Counted from the stretch's first letter, positions 29,444-42,544 are shown. The stretch: DNA of 64,000 nucleotides from an uncultured bacterium (GCA_948433885.1 CAOJEC010000002.1:8976-72975), one strand, 5' to 3'. A program made the numbers and translations. The notes: generated by a model not told the origin, from the letters alone.

Positions 29444-30790
29444 TCACTTCCCTAAACAAAAATTACTGAACAGTGTATCGATCAATTCATCATCATACAC
29501 CTCACCTAAAAGTTCACCCAAAAGTATTCTGGCATCTTTTAAATCCAAAGTGACGATATCTACAGGAACGGAATTGCCTAAACCTCTTATAGCCCTTACG
29601 ATTGCCTCGTACACTTTTTTCATAAGTGACTCTTGTCTCGCGTTCGATATGTATGTGAAATCTCGATTTGGAAGATCGCCTATAGAAAACATTTCGACAA
29701 TTTTTTCTTTTAGACTATCTAATCCATCGATACTCACTGTATTCCCATATACGACATCTTTAGAAGATATATTCATCTTTCTTGTCAAATCGTTTTTATT
29801 GACAAAAACTATGTGTTTTTTATCTTCTAATCTAGTCAAAATTTCTTTTTCATCATCACTCAATTCTTCGGAATTACTCAATACTAATATGACCAAATCC
29901 GCTTCCTCAATTTGAGCTAAACTTTTCGTTACACCTATACTTTCGACGACATCGTCAGTTTTTCTAATTCCTGCTGTGTCGATAAACTTCAATTTCACAC
30001 CACTCAAAAGCATCTCACCTTCGACAATATCCCTTGTCGTTCCTGCTATATTGGTGACTATTGCTTTTTCTTCTTCCAATAGAGCATTTAAAATACTGCT
30101 TTTACCGACATTCGGTCTTCCAATCAACGCGACTCTAATCCCGTCAGTTATCATTTTGCCTGTCTTACTTTCGTCGAGCATTTTGCAAACATCATCTCTT
30201 ACCGAAACTAATTCGTCTATTACTTTCTCATTCGTCATATCTTCGATATCTTCATATTCTGGATAATCGACATTTACTTCAATTTTTGCTTCTATTTCGA
30301 CAATTCGACTTTTCAGGCTCCTGATCAAGTCAGATAATTTTCCAGTTAAAGAATTTATAGAAAGATTGCGTGCATTTTCATTGTCGGCGTTTATTATTTC
30401 TCCGACGGCCTCTGCCTTGACGAGATCGATTCTTCCATTCAAGAAAGCCCTCTTCGTAAATTCTCCTGGTTCGGCCAATCTACAACCGATCCTTAGCAAT
30501 ATTTCTAGCACTTTATTGGTAGTCGCGATTCCGCCATGTAAGTTTATTTCTACTACGTCTTCTGCCGTGTAAGTTCTAGGAGCTCTCATTATTGAAACTA
30601 AAACTTCGTCAATCGTTTGACCTTCGAAGACAATATGACCATAATTTATAGTATGACTTGCACACTCGGTCAAATCTTTACCTACAAATATTTTGTCTAC
30701 CAAAGGAATGGCATGATCGCCACTTATCCTTATAATGGATATTCCTCCGACACCCATAGCCGTACTAATTGCGCATATTGTATCATCCAT
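29444..30790 (-). CDS. mnmE: tRNA modification GTPase
   Basis: G-domain motifs GRPNVGKSS and DTAGIR, and the C-terminal CLGK. The start at 30790 (MDDTICAIST) follows GGAGG. The track's 28-aa upstream extension is implausible. Confidence 0.9.
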   Translation of the reverse strand: MDDTICAISTAMGVGGISIIRISGDHAIPLVDKIFVGKDLTECASHTINYGHIVFEGQTIDEVLVSIMRAPRTYTAEDVVEINLHGGIATTNKVLEILLRIGCRLAEPGEFTKRAFLNGRIDLVKAEAVGEIINADNENARNLSINSLTGKLSDLIRSLKSRIVEIEAKIEVNVDYPEYEDIEDMTNEKVIDELVSVRDDVCKMLDESKTGKMITDGIRVALIGRPNVGKSSILNALLEEEKAIVTNIAGTTRDIVEGEMLLSGVKLKFIDTAGIRKTDDVVESIGVTKSLAQIEEADLVILVLSNSEELSDDEKEILTRLEDKKHIVFVNKNDLTRKMNISSKDVVYGNTVSIDGLDSLKEKIVEMFSIGDLPNRDFTYISNARQESLMKKVYEAIVRAIRGLGNSVPVDIVTLDLKDARILLGELLGEVYDDELIDTLFSNFCLGK

Positions 30791-30886
30791 GAGCCATACC
30801 TCCTTCGGTTCTTGACATATTATAACAAAAAAAAAGAGATAATTAAAGTAGGCTCGAAATTTGAAGAAAATCACAAAAAAAAGGAA

Positions 30887-31501
30887 TCATTGTTCCTCTT
30901 TTGGCTTGATTATTACATGCCTATTTGGTTCTTCTCCGACACTAACTGTATAAACATCATTGAATTCGGCAACTGCATTGTGAACTATCAATCTTTCATA
31001 AGAATTCATGTTGTCCAATTCGACAGCTATTTTTGTCTCGCTCACTTCGCGAGCAATTCTCTTAGCAGTTTTCTCTAAATACATCAATTGTTTATCCTTA
31101 TAATTCTCTACATCTAAAGATATGTAAGGGGTCTTTCCAAATTTGTTTTTTATAACTGCTCTTACCACTGTTTGTAAGGCTGCTAAATTTTTTCCTGCAT
31201 GTCCTATCAATAATGGATTATCGTTTGAATACATTTTAATCTTCATTTGGTCTTCTCTAAGTTGAGTTTCGAAACGAACTTCCAACCCCATATTCTGAAT
31301 TGTATCGCTTAAAAATTCTTTTGCATATTCCAAAACATCGGTCAACGGAGTTATAGTAACCTCTACGTTAGTGCCTTTAAAAAGTCCCGCTTTCACTTCA
31401 GTCGATGTGACGAGTACTTCATTCAAGCTCATACCCAACTCATTCAATCCATCGTTCAAAACCGTTTCATATTCTTTTCCGGAAAATTTATGTACTGCCA
31501 T
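30887..31501 (-). CDS. khpB: Jag/KhpB RNA-binding protein (KH plus R3H)
   Basis: Conserved position after yidC and an R3H-type C-terminus (ELDNMNSYERLIVHNAV). The start at M16 avoids a long overlap with yidC. Confidence 0.8.
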   Translation of the reverse strand: MAVHKFSGKEYETVLNDGLNELGMSLNEVLVTSTEVKAGLFKGTNVEVTITPLTDVLEYAKEFLSDTIQNMGLEVRFETQLREDQMKIKMYSNDNPLLIGHAGKNLAALQTVVRAVIKNKFGKTPYISLDVENYKDKQLMYLEKTAKRIAREVSETKIAVELDNMNSYERLIVHNAVAEFNDVYTVSVGEEPNRHVIIKPKEEQ

Positions 31502-31505
31502 ATAA

Positions 31506-32510
31506 CTACTTTCCTTTCTTTTTAAAATTGGCCTTTTTAGAGACAACTTTTTCTTTTTTATCTTTCGCTTCGTTCAAAGCCAACTTTTTAAATATCATAT
31601 TTTGTATTATGACAAATCCATTCGAAACTATCCAATAAAGTGCCAAAGCAGTCGGTAAAGAAAGCGACGCGATAGATATGAACACTATCATGAACTTGAC
31701 GGTCATTTCCATTTGTTTGTCTTGATCGGCATTTCCAGTAGAAGCACTGCTCATAGAATTTTTCAATGAAAAGTAAGTTGTCAAAACGATAAGAACGATC
31801 AATATTATATAGAGAAAATTTCCATCCTTGATTCCTACAAACGGAGAAGTACCCAACTGTAAATGTAAGAAAGAACCTTCAAAAATAGCAGGGACTCTAT
31901 TGATAGCCTCTAAGAAAGCAAGTAGTATCGGTAGTTGAATAAATGCTACTAAGCATCCACTAGCAGGATTGATATTGTACTTTTTGTAAACGGCCATCAT
32001 TTCTTGACTCATCATCATAGCAGTCGCTTGGTCATTAGTCTTACCGTACTTGCGCTGAATTGCTTGTAACGCCGGTTGAGCCTTCTTCATGTTTTCAGAT
32101 TGCATCATCGATTTTTTCGTAAAAGGCATCAAAATCAATCTGATCAAAAATCCTAGTACTATTACTGCCAATCCATAGTTCTTGACCAAGACACCTAATT
32201 TGATGATGACGAAAGCCAAAGGTTTGATGAACAATGTTTCCCAAAGACCATTGTATTTCAAATCGCCAGGCTTATATTCGGCACAAGATTTTAAAGAGTC
32301 GAAATCGACGTCCATATTGTCTTTATTTTCCTTATATATTTCTAGCAAATCTTCATCTTCAGGTAAACATAAAATATTCGACGTCAATGCCTGCCCAGTA
32401 ACTTCGTTGACTATCTTCTTTTTATCGTCTCCGGCTAAATACTTGGTACACCCCGTCAACACTGTCAAAACTAACAACAATGTAACGATCTTTTTTTTGT
32501 GTTTTTTCAT
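31506..32510 (-). CDS. yidC: Membrane protein insertase YidC/SpoIIIJ (lipoprotein type)
   Basis: Lipobox LTGC, multi-TM 60-kDa-IMP core and a basic C-terminal tail. Confidence 0.9.
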   Translation of the reverse strand: MKKHKKKIVTLLLVLTVLTGCTKYLAGDDKKKIVNEVTGQALTSNILCLPEDEDLLEIYKENKDNMDVDFDSLKSCAEYKPGDLKYNGLWETLFIKPLAFVIIKLGVLVKNYGLAVIVLGFLIRLILMPFTKKSMMQSENMKKAQPALQAIQRKYGKTNDQATAMMMSQEMMAVYKKYNINPASGCLVAFIQLPILLAFLEAINRVPAIFEGSFLHLQLGTSPFVGIKDGNFLYIILIVLIVLTTYFSLKNSMSSASTGNADQDKQMEMTVKFMIVFISIASLSLPTALALYWIVSNGFVIIQNMIFKKLALNEAKDKKEKVVSKKANFKKKGK

Positions 32511-32837
32511 TTACTTTATTCCTTTCAAAAGTTTGGTTAAAGATTCATTCATTTCCGAAAAATTCCCACCTAAACATCCGTTCCTTATCATTATAATATA
32601 ATCATTCTCTTTTTTAAATAAATTTTTATTATTGTCCATGATACTTCGTGTTTGTCTTTTTAATCTATTGCGAACAACAGCGTGCCCTAAACTATTTTTT
32701 ATTGCTATACCATAATGGATTTTTCCATCTTCACTTGGAACATAATAGATAACAAAATTTCTATCCTTATTATAATGACCATTTCTAATGATGTAATTGA
32801 AACGTCGTTTATCTTTGATCATTTCATATCTTTTCAC
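32511..32837 (-). CDS. rnpA: RNase P protein component
   Basis: Small basic protein between rpmH and yidC, with the RNR-like motif VVRNRLKRQ. Confidence 0.85.
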   Translation of the reverse strand: MKRYEMIKDKRRFNYIIRNGHYNKDRNFVIYYVPSEDGKIHYGIAIKNSLGHAVVRNRLKRQTRSIMDNNKNLFKKENDYIIMIRNGCLGGNFSEMNESLTKLLKGIK

Positions 32838-32876
32838 AAGGTACCTCCTAGAATAAAAACCACTACAAAGAGTGGT

Positions 32877-32999
32877 TTACTTACAAAGCACTTTGCGGCC
32901 TTTTTTTCTTCTAGATTTTAAAATATTGCTTTCTTTTCTAGCAAAGAAACCGTGCTTCTTACTCTTTTTACGATTATTTGGTTGATAAGTTCTCTTCAT
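32877..32999 (-). CDS. rpmH: 50S ribosomal protein L34 (40 aa; below the ORF-track cutoff)
   Basis: My translation: [45 protein letters not shown] lies upstream (rc of 33008-33012). Confidence 0.85.
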   Translation of the reverse strand: MKRTYQPNNRKKSKKHGFFARKESNILKSRRKKGRKVLCK

Positions 33000-33103
33000 T
33001 TTTTGCACCTCCACATCTAAAATTCAAATGTATTATATTATACCGCAGTATAAAAAGTCAAGAACTAACGAGCGATTAACTTTTCAACAAATTTTTCAAC
33101 ATC

Positions 33104-33219
33104 ATTTCCACATCTTGTTGATAAATCTTCCACATTGTAGAAAATGCAAAATTGTGGAAACTGTGGATAAAAACTTTTTTTCAATTAAACTCTACAAATT
33201 TTAACACAAGTTATCCACA
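33104..33219. promoter_or_regulatory. oriC part 1: DnaA-box cluster upstream of dnaA
   Basis: Perfect boxes TGTGGATAA at 33162-33170 and TTATCCACA at 33211-33219. Near-boxes at 33104-33112 (ATTTCCACA), about 33128-33136 (TCTTCCACA) and 33153-33161 (TGTGGAAAC). Confidence 0.8.
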
Positions 33220-33324
33220 AAATTTGTCGAAAATTGTTGTAGATAACTATTTTTTGAAAAATCTATCTTTACCTTTTTTTTATTTTAAGATACAATGAAA
33301 TTACTAGAAACCGGGGTGAGGTTC

Positions 33325-34731
33325 ATGGCTGAAGAGAACAATTTAGTTTGGGAAAATTTTATTGGTTTACTTAAAAATCGCATCTCTACTGTCTCGATCA
33401 ACTCCTGGTTTAAATACTGCAAAATTTACAAAATAGACGATGCCGTCCAAGACAACAAATCTATCAAAGTTGTCACGATCATGACGAGCTCACAATATAT
33501 AAAGGATGCTCTCATAAAAAGATACTTAGAAACTATCGAAGAATTGATGGAATCGATTTTAGGAAAAAATTGTAATATCGAATTCGTACTCGAAGAAGAG
33601 CTTAATCAAGAACGAATTGAAGAACAAAAAGAATCGCCACCTATCGAACCGACTACAGTTGTGGAAAAACCGGTCAGTTATCAACAAAATTTTGAAACGA
33701 ATCTTTCACCAAAATACACTTTTGAAAATTTCATTGTTGGAGAAAATTCAAATCGTCTAGCATACGAAGGAGCGAGACATGTAGCTGAACAACCTGGAAA
33801 ATTGTTCAATCCATTTTTTATTCATGGTAAAAGTGGTCTCGGTAAGACCCACCTCATGCATGCCATTGGAAATTACATTACAGCTCATTCCAACAAGAAA
33901 GTTTTATATGTTACAAGTGAAAGATTTAAGTCGGATTTTACTACGATTAATATGAATAAAGATTCCAAAAGTATCCAAATGTTCAAAGAAAAATATAGAG
34001 GAATAGATGTTCTGATGATCGACGATATTCAATTTTTAGAAAAGGCTGAAAAGACTCAACAGGAATTCTTCCATACTTTTAATACACTTTATGATATGAA
34101 TAAACAGATCATCATCACATCTGATCGTAGTCCAAATGACTTGAAGTTACTAGAAGAAAGATTGATAACGCGTTTCAGTTGGGGACTGACAGTAAATATA
34201 TATCCACCGGATATCGATTTGAAAAAAAGAATCGTCAAAAATAAGATGGCTGGTCATGATGTAGCCAATTTAGTAGACGATGAAGTTGTCGAATTTATTG
34301 CTAACAACTGCGAAAATGATGTTAGACATATCGAGGGAACCGTCACAAGACTTTATGCATATGCAGCCATGATGAGCCCACATAAAATAGACTTAGAATT
34401 TGCAAACGAAGCATTGAGAGACTATTTAAAAAGTTCAGTTTACATGGATTCAAATATCGCAAAAATACAAAAAGCAGTCGCGGATTATTATAAGATAACA
34501 GTCGAAGACCTGAAGAGTAAAAAAAGAACTGCCAATATCAACTATCCACGACAAATTGCAATTTATCTATGTAGAAATTACACTGACGAATCTTTTCCGA
34601 AGATCGGACTTGAGTTCGGTAATCGCGATCATTCGACAATTATGTATGCATGTGATAAAATTGAAGCAGATCTCAAAATAAACAATCAGCTGAAAGAGAT
34701 AATTAGAGAGATCAAAAATAATATTGGGTAA
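33325..34731 (+). CDS. dnaA: Chromosomal replication initiator DnaA
   Basis: AAA+ Walker A (GKSGLGKTHL) and the domain IV motif (YLCRNYTDESFPKIGLEFGNRDHSTIMYA). The start at M11 follows GGTGAGG. Confidence 0.95.
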   Translation: MAEENNLVWENFIGLLKNRISTVSINSWFKYCKIYKIDDAVQDNKSIKVVTIMTSSQYIKDALIKRYLETIEELMESILGKNCNIEFVLEEELNQERIEEQKESPPIEPTTVVEKPVSYQQNFETNLSPKYTFENFIVGENSNRLAYEGARHVAEQPGKLFNPFFIHGKSGLGKTHLMHAIGNYITAHSNKKVLYVTSERFKSDFTTINMNKDSKSIQMFKEKYRGIDVLMIDDIQFLEKAEKTQQEFFHTFNTLYDMNKQIIITSDRSPNDLKLLEERLITRFSWGLTVNIYPPDIDLKKRIVKNKMAGHDVANLVDDEVVEFIANNCENDVRHIEGTVTRLYAYAAMMSPHKIDLEFANEALRDYLKSSVYMDSNIAKIQKAVADYYKITVEDLKSKKRTANINYPRQIAIYLCRNYTDESFPKIGLEFGNRDHSTIMYACDKIEADLKINNQLKEIIREIKNNIG

Positions 34732-34750
34732 ACTGTTGATAAACATGAAG

Positions 34751-34862
34751 TTTTCCACAAGTTTTCTACAGGGTTTAAATTCAATTAAATGTGGACAAAA
34801 GACCACTTTTCCACAAATTCCACAAAACATATAAATAATAATAAATATATAATAAATAAGAA
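34751..34862. promoter_or_regulatory. oriC part 2: DnaA boxes plus an AT-rich unwinding region between dnaA and dnaN
   Basis: TTTTCCACA at 34751-34759 and 34807-34815, TGTGGACAA at 34790-34798 and AATTCCACA at 34816-34824. These are followed by catataaataataataaatatataataaataag, which is nearly 100% AT and contains TAATAATAA. Confidence 0.7.
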
Positions 34863-34875
34863 AGAAGGAACAAAA

Positions 34876-35994
34876 ATGAAATTCACAATAGAAAAAAATA
34901 TTTTACTAGAAAATCTAAATAACGTGACGAAGGCTATTTCGATCAAAAACGTCATTCCAATATTGAATGGAATAAAAATGGAACTAAACAGCGACGGTCT
35001 TTATTTGACTGCAAGCGACACCGACCTGACGATCAAGTCATTTATCAAAAGAGATAAGATCAAGAAAGTTTCCGAAGAAGGAAGCATTGTCATTCAAAGT
35101 AAATATATAAATGAGATAATAAGAAAACTGCCAGATGATACAGTAGATATTGAAGTAGTAGACGGATTGAAGGTAATTATCACAGCAAAAACTGCTCACT
35201 TCAGTTTGAACTGTTTAAAAGTCGAAGATTATCCACAAATAAAATTGGATTATCAGAAAGACCCTATAGTCATCGCAGGAGGATTATTCAAAACTATTAT
35301 CAAACAAACTGTCTTTGCTATTAGTAATCAAGAATCTCGTCCTATGTTGACAGGACTAAATTTCAAGTTACAAGGAAACATAATGGAAGTAACTGCAACC
35401 GATTCTTATCGCTTGGCAAAGAAAACTATAACACTTCAAGAATTCATCAAAGATGAAATCAATATTACGATTCCCGGAAGTAACATCAACGAATTAGATA
35501 AAATAATAAACGACGACGAACCTGTTGAAATGCATATATTTACTAACAAGATATTATTCATTTATAAAAACATCACTTTCCAGTCTAATTTACTTTCAGG
35601 AACATATCCTAACACAAACAACTTGATCCCCGATAACTTCGAAACGATTTTCAATACGAATTATATGGATTTCTACAGCGCGGTCGATCGTGCATCATTA
35701 CTAACTCAAGGAAAAGAACAAAATATAGTTAAAATGGAAACCCAAGAGGATAAATTGATGATCACATCTTTCTCTTCAGAAATTGGAAGAACTGAAGAAA
35801 CTATAACGATCGAGAAAAATGAAGGCGCTAATGTAGCTATTTCTTTCAGTGCTAAATATATGATGGATGCACTGAAAACTATAGATGATACTGAATTAGT
35901 CGTCTTCTTGAATAGTGAAATTAAACCGATTGTAATCAAATCATCAAAAGATGAGACACTCGTTCAATTAATATTACCTATAAAAACATATTAG
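34876..35994 (+). CDS. dnaN: DNA polymerase III beta sliding clamp
   Basis: MKFTIEKNILLENLNNV... is a typical DnaN N-terminus. The ATG at 34876 follows AAGGAA. The track's upstream extension covers the DUE. Confidence 0.95.
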   Translation: MKFTIEKNILLENLNNVTKAISIKNVIPILNGIKMELNSDGLYLTASDTDLTIKSFIKRDKIKKVSEEGSIVIQSKYINEIIRKLPDDTVDIEVVDGLKVIITAKTAHFSLNCLKVEDYPQIKLDYQKDPIVIAGGLFKTIIKQTVFAISNQESRPMLTGLNFKLQGNIMEVTATDSYRLAKKTITLQEFIKDEINITIPGSNINELDKIINDDEPVEMHIFTNKILFIYKNITFQSNLLSGTYPNTNNLIPDNFETIFNTNYMDFYSAVDRASLLTQGKEQNIVKMETQEDKLMITSFSSEIGRTEETITIEKNEGANVAISFSAKYMMDALKTIDDTELVVFLNSEIKPIVIKSSKDETLVQLILPIKTY

Positions 35995-36019
35995 ATGGCA
36001 AAACTCCATCTTTTTTTTT
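35993..36019 (+). terminator. Rho-independent terminator after dnaN
   Basis: AGATGG-caaaact-CCATCT followed by about T9. Confidence 0.65.
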
Positions 36020-36058
36020 CGAAAAATTTTTGATTATTTAACTTTTGACATATTCGAT

Positions 36059-36134
36059 TGTCGAAAAAAAGTCATTTTTCAACAATTTTTTCCAATTTTT
36101 TACATCTTTCGACAAAATTCGACAAATTTCGACA
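36059..36134. promoter_or_regulatory. Array of Spo0A-box-like heptamers upstream of comK
   Basis: TTCGACA at 36108, 36118 and 36128, with exact 10-bp phasing, plus an inverted TGTCGAA at 36059-36065. Confidence 0.5.
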
Positions 36135-36174
36135 TCGAAATAGTGTATAAGGGTATGGCAAGGAGGTGATATAT

Positions 36175-36642
36175 ATGAACGATAAGTACACTATAAATGC
36201 AGATACTTTGGCAATTATACCGATCAGTAAAAAGAAAACTAGAGTATACGAAAATGATACAGTATTGACCATCAATAGAAATGCTAATAAAATAATCGCC
36301 GATAACTGTGAATATTTTGGAAGTTCTTACGCAGGAAGAAAAAAAGGAACTTTGGAATTGATTGGAGTGACTCACAAAGCACCTATAATAATCGAAGATT
36401 CTAACAGTTTAATCTTTTTTCCTACATCTAGCCCTCGTCTCAACGACTGTGGTTGGATTTCGCTTAACAATTTGGACTCTTATAAAGGTTATGCTGATGA
36501 TAGTATTTTGAGTTTTCAAAACAATCTAAAATTGCAAGTAAATGTATCAAATCGCATCATAGACAATCAAGTTTTGAGAGCGACAAGATTGGAAGCAATA
36601 ATTCGCAAAAGAAAAAACATAAAAAAAACTCCAAATAAGTAA
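36175..36642 (+). CDS. comK: ComK-family competence transcription factor
   Basis: YFGSSYAGRKKGT and HKAPIIIEDSNSLIFFPTSSPRLNDCGWIS closely match B. subtilis ComK (FFGSSYAGRKAGT; HKPPIMVDPSNQIFLFPT...CGWIS). AAGGAGG lies 8 nt upstream of the ATG at 36175. Confidence 0.85.
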   Translation: MNDKYTINADTLAIIPISKKKTRVYENDTVLTINRNANKIIADNCEYFGSSYAGRKKGTLELIGVTHKAPIIIEDSNSLIFFPTSSPRLNDCGWISLNNLDSYKGYADDSILSFQNNLKLQVNVSNRIIDNQVLRATRLEAIIRKRKNIKKTPNK

Positions 36643-36649
36643 AAAATCA

Positions 36650-36678
36650 TTACAAAGAGCCTCAATTTATGGTATAAT
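36650..36678 (+). promoter_or_regulatory. Strong sigma-A promoter for recF-gyrBA
   Basis: TTACAA (36650-36655), a 17-nt spacer, then TATAAT (36673-36678) preceded by an extended -10 TG element (TGgTATAAT). Confidence 0.6.
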
Positions 36679-36745
36679 TATTACTAGGTACAGGAGTACG
36701 TCCATACCTAGTAAATTTATTATTCGGAGCATTAAGGTGGCAATT

Positions 36746-39761
<3,016 letters not shown>

Positions 39762-39771
39762 GAGGTTAACG

Positions 39772-42387
39772 ATGGAAGAAGAAAATAAAGAAAATTTACA
39801 AGAAAATATTCAAACCAATGAAGACGAGCAACTCGTCATCGATCGCACCCCTACAAGAGATAAAATAGATCACAATGATATTGTCGATGAAATCGAGAAT
39901 TCATTTATCAAATACTCTCTAAGTGTCATCACAGCGCGTGCGTTGCCAGACCTTCGAGATGGATTGAAACCAGTTCATAGAAGAATACTTTACTCTATGT
40001 ATGATTCGGGATACACACCAGATAAGCCACATAAAAAATGTGCCCGTATTGTCGGTGACGTCATCGGTAAATACCACCCTCATGGCGATTCATCGATTTA
40101 CGACGCCATGGTTCGTATGGCTCAAGATTTCAGTCTACGTTATATGTTAGTAGACGGTCACGGAAACTTCGGTAATATAAATGGAGATAGTCCCGCAGCT
40201 TATCGTTATACGGAATCTAGAATGGCAAAGATATCTCTCGAAATGCTTCGTGATATAAACAAAAATACTGTCGATTTCGAGGATAATTTCGACGGTCTAG
40301 AGCAAGAACCTAAAGTTCTACCATCTAGATTTCCAAATATCTTAGTTAATGGTACGACAGGTATTGCAGTCGGTATGGCAACCAACATTCCACCACACAA
40401 CTTAGGAGAAGTAATAGACGGATGTATTGCTTATATCGACAACCCTGAAATAGATACGATGGGATTGATGGAATATATTAAAGGACCAGATTTTCCTACA
40501 GGAGCGATAATTCTTGGAAACAGTGGAATACGTAAAGCATACGAAACAGGACGAGGAAGTATAACGATCCGAAGTAATGCTATTATCGAAGAAAAACACG
40601 GTAAAACGTACATCGTTATAGATGAAGTACCTTATGGACTCAATACGAACTCTCTTAAAGAAAAAGTTGCAAATTTAGTACATAATAAAGTCCTAGATGG
40701 AATATCGGATTATCATACAGACTTAAAAAATGGATTGAAAATAACTATCACGCTCAAAAGAGATGCAAATCCTCAAGTCGTATTGAATAATTTGTATAAA
40801 CATACTGAATTTCAAACTACATACGGTATCCTGTTCATAATGTTGGATATGGGTGTACCAAAAACCTTGGGATTAAAAGAAATAATTAGCAAATATATCG
40901 ATCACCAACGAGAAGTTATCATCAGAAGAACGCGATTTGAACTAGAAAAAGCAGAAAAACGTGTTCACATATTGGAAGGTTATAAGATCGCCCTAGACAA
41001 TATCGATGAAGTGATCAAAATAATTAAAGAAGCTGAAAGCGATTCAAATGCAAAAGAAAAATTGATAAAGCGATTTGGATTTACTGAAATTCAAGCGGAT
41101 AGCATCTTGGAATTGAAGTTACGTCGTTTGACAGGATTAGAAAGAGCAAAAATCGAAGAAGAATTGAAAAACTTACTAGCTCTTATCGAAGAATTGAAGA
41201 GCATTCTAGCTTCAGAACAAAAAGTTAATGACATAATTAAAAAAGAATTAACTGAAATAAAAGATAAATACGCAGATGAAAGACGTACTAAGATAGATAT
41301 GACTGCAATCGATTTTATTGAGGATGAATCATTGATACCTGAAGAAAATAGTATGATTACTCTAACAGAAAAGGGATACATCAAGAGACTTGCAGCAGAC
41401 ACTTATAAGACACAAAATCGTGGTGGTGTTGGCGTAAAGGGTATAAGTACAAATGAGGAAGATAATGTAAAATTGATGGTCAATGTATCTACACATGACT
41501 ATATACTTTTCTTTACAAATAAAGGTAAAGTATACCGTATCAAGGGATACGAAATACCAGAGTTCAATAGACAATCGAAAGGCTTGCCGATTATCAATCT
41601 TTTACATATAGAAAAAGACGAAGCAATAAGCTCTATAATAAAAATTGGTAAAGATGAACCAGAACTAAAATACCTGTTATTTGCGACTAAAAAAGGCGTA
41701 GTCAAACGTACGGCCATCGAAGACTTTGAAAATATCAGACAAACCGGTAAGATGAGTATTACTTTAAAAGATGATGATGAACTAATAGCAGTTAAAAAAA
41801 CAACTGGCGAAAACAAAGTTTTACTAGGAAGCACGAACGGACGTATGGTTTTGTTTGATGAATCTGAAATTAGAGTTATGGGTAGAACGGCATCAGGAGT
41901 ACGAGGAATCAATATGCCTGATGGAGAATGTATATGCGCTGACGTTTGTGATATGGACACTAATTTATTGATCGTCACCAAAAAGGGTTACGGAAAACGT
42001 ACATTTGTACAGGAGTTTAGAGAAACACGTCGTGGAAGTAAAGGAGTAAAAGCTCTAAATATAACTGAAAAAAATGGTGGTATAGCTTCATTCAACATTA
42101 TCGACGACGAAAAAGATATTGTTATAATTACGGATTCCGGAATGGTAATCAGATTAGATTCTACGACAATATCTCAACTTGGACGCAACGCCCAAGGTGT
42201 AAGACTGATTAATCTGAAAGATAATCAAATTGTCTCTTCAATTTCTATTGTGGAAAAAATAATGGAGGAAACAGGAAACAAAGAAAATTTAACTGTGGAC
42301 AACTCAATAACTGATAATATTGAAATTGCTGTGGAAAACTCTGAAAAAGAAATTCAAGAAAGTGCTGTGGAAAACGAACAAGAATAA
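39772..42387 (+). CDS. gyrA: DNA gyrase subunit A
   Basis: QRDR-type motif ([17 protein letters not shown]), the catalytic Tyr region (AAYRYTESR) and a beta-pinwheel C-terminal domain. Acidic C-terminal tail. Confidence 0.97.
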   Translation: MEEENKENLQENIQTNEDEQLVIDRTPTRDKIDHNDIVDEIENSFIKYSLSVITARALPDLRDGLKPVHRRILYSMYDSGYTPDKPHKKCARIVGDVIGKYHPHGDSSIYDAMVRMAQDFSLRYMLVDGHGNFGNINGDSPAAYRYTESRMAKISLEMLRDINKNTVDFEDNFDGLEQEPKVLPSRFPNILVNGTTGIAVGMATNIPPHNLGEVIDGCIAYIDNPEIDTMGLMEYIKGPDFPTGAIILGNSGIRKAYETGRGSITIRSNAIIEEKHGKTYIVIDEVPYGLNTNSLKEKVANLVHNKVLDGISDYHTDLKNGLKITITLKRDANPQVVLNNLYKHTEFQTTYGILFIMLDMGVPKTLGLKEIISKYIDHQREVIIRRTRFELEKAEKRVHILEGYKIALDNIDEVIKIIKEAESDSNAKEKLIKRFGFTEIQADSILELKLRRLTGLERAKIEEELKNLLALIEELKSILASEQKVNDIIKKELTEIKDKYADERRTKIDMTAIDFIEDESLIPEENSMITLTEKGYIKRLAADTYKTQNRGGVGVKGISTNEEDNVKLMVNVSTHDYILFFTNKGKVYRIKGYEIPEFNRQSKGLPIINLLHIEKDEAISSIIKIGKDEPELKYLLFATKKGVVKRTAIEDFENIRQTGKMSITLKDDDELIAVKKTTGENKVLLGSTNGRMVLFDESEIRVMGRTASGVRGINMPDGECICADVCDMDTNLLIVTKKGYGKRTFVQEFRETRRGSKGVKALNITEKNGGIASFNIIDDEKDIVIITDSGMVIRLDSTTISQLGRNAQGVRLINLKDNQIVSSISIVEKIMEETGNKENLTVDNSITDNIEIAVENSEKEIQESAVENEQE
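42249..42374 (+). promoter_or_regulatory. Four co-oriented DnaA-box-like 9-mers inside the last 140 bp of gyrA
   Basis: TGTGGAAAA at 42249-42257, 42330-42338 and 42366-42374. TGTGGACAA at 42294-42302. Confidence 0.5.
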
Positions 42388-42426
42388 AAAAAAATAGGTA
42401 TGAAAAACTCCCTATTCTTTTTTTAT

Positions 42427-42446
42427 ATTATTTCCCGGGAAATAAT
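42427..42446. promoter_or_regulatory. Noc-binding-site (NBS) palindrome 1
   Basis: ATTATTTCCCGGGAAATAAT is a perfect 20-bp palindrome containing the B. subtilis NBS consensus ATTTCCCGGGAAAT. Confidence 0.75.
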
Positions 42447-42464
42447 GGTTGAATCTACCTGCGG

Positions 42465-42504
42465 AAATTTACAATCTTTTGTATATACGAAAGATTGTAA
42501 ATTT
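42465..42504. repeat. Perfect 15-bp inverted repeat with a 10-nt loop
   Basis: AAATTTACAATCTTT - tgtatatacg - AAAGATTGTAAATTT. Confidence 0.8.
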
Positions 42505-42526
42505 AGTACTTGTAAAGAAAATTGGA

Positions 42527-42544
42527 ATGTTACATGTGAAACAT
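42527..42544. promoter_or_regulatory. Degenerate parS-like site within a 36-bp palindrome (42518-42553)
   Basis: ATGTTaCAtGTGaAACAT has 3 mismatches to the local perfect copies. It is flanked by 14-bp arms AAAATTGGAATGTT / AACATTCCAATTTT. Confidence 0.45.

Noticed and set aside
30791-30874. The 28-aa N-terminal extension of mnmE. There are similar extensions of dnaN (34789-34875), jag (31502-31546), dnaA (33295-33324) and recF (36737-36745).
   Set aside because: These are longest-ORF artefacts. The internal ATGs have proper RBS spacing and give conserved N-termini. The dnaN extension would run through the DnaA boxes and the DUE.
36072-36375. Minus-strand ORFs of 67 aa and 91 aa in the dnaN-comK spacer and comK 5' end
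   Set aside because: They are hydrophobic, low-complexity AT-rich translations antisense to comK and its regulatory region, with no RBS.
42427-42446. TTCCCGGGAA as merely a SmaI/XmaI site or a eukaryotic STAT-like TTCnnnGAA element
   Set aside because: The context is bacterial. The conserved unit is the full 16-20 bp palindrome identical to the described Noc-binding site, and a Noc-like gene is present.
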